DNA from: Callorhinchus milii
Lineage: Eukaryota
Assembly: GCF_018977255.1 (NCBI RefSeq)
Contig: NW_024704742.1
Coordinates: 53,940,001-54,004,000 of the forward strand
Reading direction: 5' to 3'
Length of the DNA stretch: 64,000 nucleotides
Part shown: positions 63,598 through 64,000 of the stretch, piece after piece
How positions within the stretch are numbered: the first letter of the stretch is position 1
How the letters are laid out: each line of letters begins with the position of its first letter
Notes under the pieces: generated by a model
What the model was told of the DNA's origin: nothing
Database searches by the model: none
The model's input: the letters and a program-made list of their open reading frames with translations, nothing else
Program-made: the position numbers and the translations under genes

Positions 63598-64000
63598 CTA
63601 TTTTATTTTCAGCAGTTCATTGCTTCTTCCAGCATTTTGTATTTGTGCCATTTTGGGAAACATGGATTTTGCATGAAATGGCTTGATTATGTCAAACTCA
63701 GTAGAATAGAATGGTCTACAAATATTAAAAAAAACACAAGTCCGGGTTAAGATTACAGTGTTAATTATGACTGGTGATTTTCCTCATTGGACAAATATTA
63801 CCAATCTTACTAATTTAACATTTCAAAATAATGGAATATTTCAAAGTAGAATTTCACAGCAGTGAAGAATTGCACTTACACAGAGGAAGGGGATAGGAAG
63901 GGAAATAGCGTAGTAAGAATGGCTTCAGTACATTACCTGATAGCAGTGAGCATTACATCAATGCTCCCTTCCCTAACATGCTCCCTGCTGTTGATGAAAT

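Noticed and set aside
1-64000. Prokaryotic-type systems (operons, CRISPR arrays, defence loci)
   Set aside because: The sequence is vertebrate repeat-rich DNA, with no regularly spaced repeats or gene-dense ORFs

Overview
AT-rich, repeat-dense, non-genic vertebrate DNA (intergenic or deep intronic). The repeat content points to a cartilaginous fish, plausibly a holocephalan (inference): Deu-domain SacSINE1/AmnSINE-like SINEs, a younger tRNA-headed SINE sharing their tail, L2 and CR1 LINE fragments, and a shark-type Penelope terminal repeat. No host protein-coding exon could be supported. The only recognisable proteins are transposon-derived: an L2 reverse transcriptase at 41055-42047, Gypsy RNase H/integrase remnants at about 25.2-26.9 kb, and CR1 ORF2 debris. 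The most notable observations are: a U1 snRNA retrocopy fused to the L2/SINE 3' terminal motif (SINEU-like chimera, 44251-44531); a non-autonomous Helitron with intact ends (22582-23409); a Penelope-type hammerhead ribozyme core (33307-33341); an unnamed old repeat family hit twice at the same internal site; a ~61-bp target duplication around a SINE; SINE module and tail swapping; a fold-back element; local templated duplications; and repeat-poor blocks that may be conserved enhancers. Coordinates were read by eye and repeat boundaries are approximate.
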